A stretch of 59,313 bases of DNA, filler included, from Nitrospirota bacterium (GTDB lineage: Bacteria > JACPQY01): the NCBI GenBank assembly GCA_016180645.1. It is 5 parts of 5 records of this genome, joined end to end, with 100 filler letters (N's around TTAATTAATTAA, not from the genome) between each part and the next. Parts side by side here need not be neighbours in the genome. Positions count along the whole stretch, not along the records: positions 35,633 to 58,182 come from JACPAV010000050.1; positions 58,283 to 59,313 come from JACPAV010000026.1; 3 more parts are not named here. The stretch is one strand, 5' to 3'. Below are positions 57,682-59,313 of this stretch, in pieces; position 1 is the first letter of the stretch, and every line of letters begins with the position of its first letter. Under the pieces are notes generated by a model, which made no database searches, had not been told where the DNA came from, and was given only the letters and a program-made list of their open reading frames with translations. Made by a program: the position numbers and the translations under genes.

Positions 57682-57880
57682 TCACCCCCACCCTGACCCT
57701 CCCCCGTCGGCCTACTCCGCCGACCTTCCTTCGCCCGCCGAAGCGGGCTTCGCGAAGGCGGGAGCAGCTCCGGCTGCGAAGGCTGGAAGGGGGAGGGGAC
57801 AATATGGCGCAATTGCAATGGCTTGCCTGATTCCATTCCCTTCCCCCCCCCCCTTGAGGGGGAAGGTAAGGATGGGGGGT
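57682..57880. repeat. Nested palindromic repeats (three layers)
   Basis: Outer CACCCCCACCCTGACCCTCCCCCGTCG..AGGGGGAGGG with inverted partner at 57836-57880; inner GCCTACTCCGCCGA..GCGAAGGCTGG; core CCCGCCGAAGCGGGCTTCGCGAAGGCGGG. Confidence 0.65.
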
Positions 57881-58182
57881 TATCATGGCGATATGCAAGA
57901 GTTCAGTAAGACGGGCAAGAGCTTTTCCGCTGACTGTTTCAAATCCACGTCCTGCGGATGTTGTAGTTTAGTCAAAATGTCCGTTTTACTGTTGAGTGAA
58001 AATGTCCTCCCCTGCGCGTAGCATGGGTGAGGGGGGAGCGGGGGGAGAGGGGGTCCGATTGTTGCGGCGCAGAGTTCGGAGGGGCCGATCCTGACCCGGT
58101 TTTTCCGTTTCGAGTAGAATTCGGTGCTTCGGGGTAGAGGCCGCCAAGCGGCCTGGATCTCTTTTGGGGGCTGGGCAAAGCG

Positions 58183-58282
58183 NNNNNNNNNNNNNNNNNN
58201 NNNNNNNNNNNNNNNNNNNNNNNNNNTTAATTAATTAANNNNNNNNNNNNNNNNNNNNNNNNNNNNNNNNNNNNNNNNNNNN
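58183..58282. other. Artificial contig spacer
   Basis: N-run with TTAATTAATTAA. Confidence 0.97.
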
Positions 58283-58743
58283 CCGCCTGGGCGCGCGATG
58301 CGGACGAATTCACGAATCATCGGCTCGTCATCGGGTAGATGCTCAAGGACGTGACAGCAGGAGATGAGATCGAACGAGCCGTTCCGGAACGGAAGCGAGG
58401 TGGGGTCATCCCAATCGAGCATGTGCCAGTGAGGATGCGAGGCGGGCCGGTCGGAGCGCGCGGCGGCCACGGCGGAACGGGAGAACTCGCAGCCCACGAT
58501 CGTTTCGGAGGCCCTGAGTGTCTTTAGAAAATGGGCGGCTCCGAACCCGTACTCAAACGAGCGGAATCCAGGCTTCGACAGGTCAATACGGGCGCCTGCG
58601 AGGATTTGGCGCAATCGGCGCGAGCGATAGATCAGGTCGTAGCGGAGCGCGAGGAAGGGGTTCCGGTAGTGGGTTGCGTAGAAGGACTGATTGTAGGCTA
58701 GGGTGGACTGAGGGTCATTCTCCGGGGCGGGGTCGGGTTGCAC
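58283..58743 (-). CDS. Class I SAM-dependent methyltransferase, 3' truncated
   Basis: FEYGFGAA, LPFRNGSFDLI.CCHVLEHLPD....RE..RIARPG. Confidence 0.82.
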
Positions 58744-58800
58744 GATGGCCGAATCCTAGCCGCGGGGTGCGACCGATTCAAGCGGAGCGCGTCATTGCGG

Positions 58801-59040
58801 GTAGGCGCGGGCTTTACGCCCGCGTCTTGAACGCAGGCTGAAGCCCCATGCCACGGAGGGTATGGGGCCATGATATGTCGCCGCACCACGGATGGAGCGG
58901 CATGGAACATGGCCTGCGGCTACCGAGGCTTAGTCTTGAACGCAGGCTGAAGCCCCATGCCACGGAGGGCATGGGGCCATGAGAAGTCGCCGCACCACGG
59001 ATGGAGCGGCATGGAACATGGCCTGCGGCTACCGAGGCTT
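58801..59040. repeat. GTAG REP plus two 108-bp tandem composite REP units (58824-58931, 58933-59040)
   Basis: Units differ at only a few positions; each contains GCCTGCGGCTAC near its end. Confidence 0.88.
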
Positions 59041-59313
59041 GGCCTCGGGATCGTCCCAAACCAGGTCGGCGACAACGGCGTTGTGGTCGCTGGCGAGGCT
59101 GTGGACGACGGTACATTGGAGGACGCGAAGACGGGGATCCGCCAAGATGTGGTCGATGCGGAAGAGGGGAAGGAAACTGTACGACGTGCCGCCCCACCAA
59201 CCCCGCCCGGCCGCCCGCCATGCGTCCACGAGACCTTGCGAGAGAATTCGAAAGGCTTTCGATCGGGAAGAAGTGTTGAAGTCGCCTGTGAGGACGACGG
59301 GATTGGGGTCGGC
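59029..59313 (-). CDS. Endonuclease/exonuclease/phosphatase (EEP) family protein, 3' part
   Basis: Manual translation from the window edge: PVVLTGDFN...LVDAW...RIDHIL...SDHNAVVADL. Confidence 0.85.
   Translation of the reverse strand, partial: ADPNPVVLTGDFNTSSRSKAFRILSQGLVDAWRAAGRGWWGGTSYSFLPLFRIDHILADPRLRVLQCTVVHSLASDHNAVVADLVWDDPEAKPR

Noticed and set aside
57430-58182. Short ORFs upstream of the MCP remnant
   Set aside because: They are largely repeat-derived, with no recognisable domains.
58824-59040. CRISPR array or tRNA/ncRNA genes
   Set aside because: Whole 108-bp units are duplicated without spacers, and no cloverleaf or T-loop motif was seen.

Overview
GC-rich bacterial genome, probably a Gram-negative Deltaproteobacteria-like metagenome-assembled genome (taxonomy is inference only). 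The window is five contigs joined by artificial N/TTAATTAATTAA spacers (1-6034, 6135-11892, 11993-35532, 35633-58182, 58283-59313), so adjacency across spacers means nothing. Contig 1: ppdK-rimI-pyrD-gamma-carbonic anhydrase-PagL-like, with a zinc-ribbon-like insert in PPDK. Contig 2: partial pgeF, then a permuted NlpC/P60 lipoprotein coupled to an LplT-Aas fusion. Contig 3: groESL, lipB, an isobutyryl-CoA-mutase-type acyl-CoA mutase, two divergent paralogous Wza-like/Wzc-like/FecR-NTF2 cassettes with no polysaccharide biosynthesis genes (the best candidate for an undescribed system), bamA-trpS-scpA-scpB, dodecin and a methyltransferase. Contig 4: a giant Ig/NHL/FN3/RCC1 surface protein, a heptad-repeat protein, USP, a two-subunit PFOR and an unusual chemosensory cluster. 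Contig 5: partial methyltransferase and EEP genes. Many families of small palindromic repeats (GTAG-type REP/REPIN, MITE-like, short tandem arrays) occur throughout, several translated in frame inside proteins. No rRNA, tRNA, CRISPR array or transposase gene was recognised. All annotations come from motif recognition by eye; no database searches were run.
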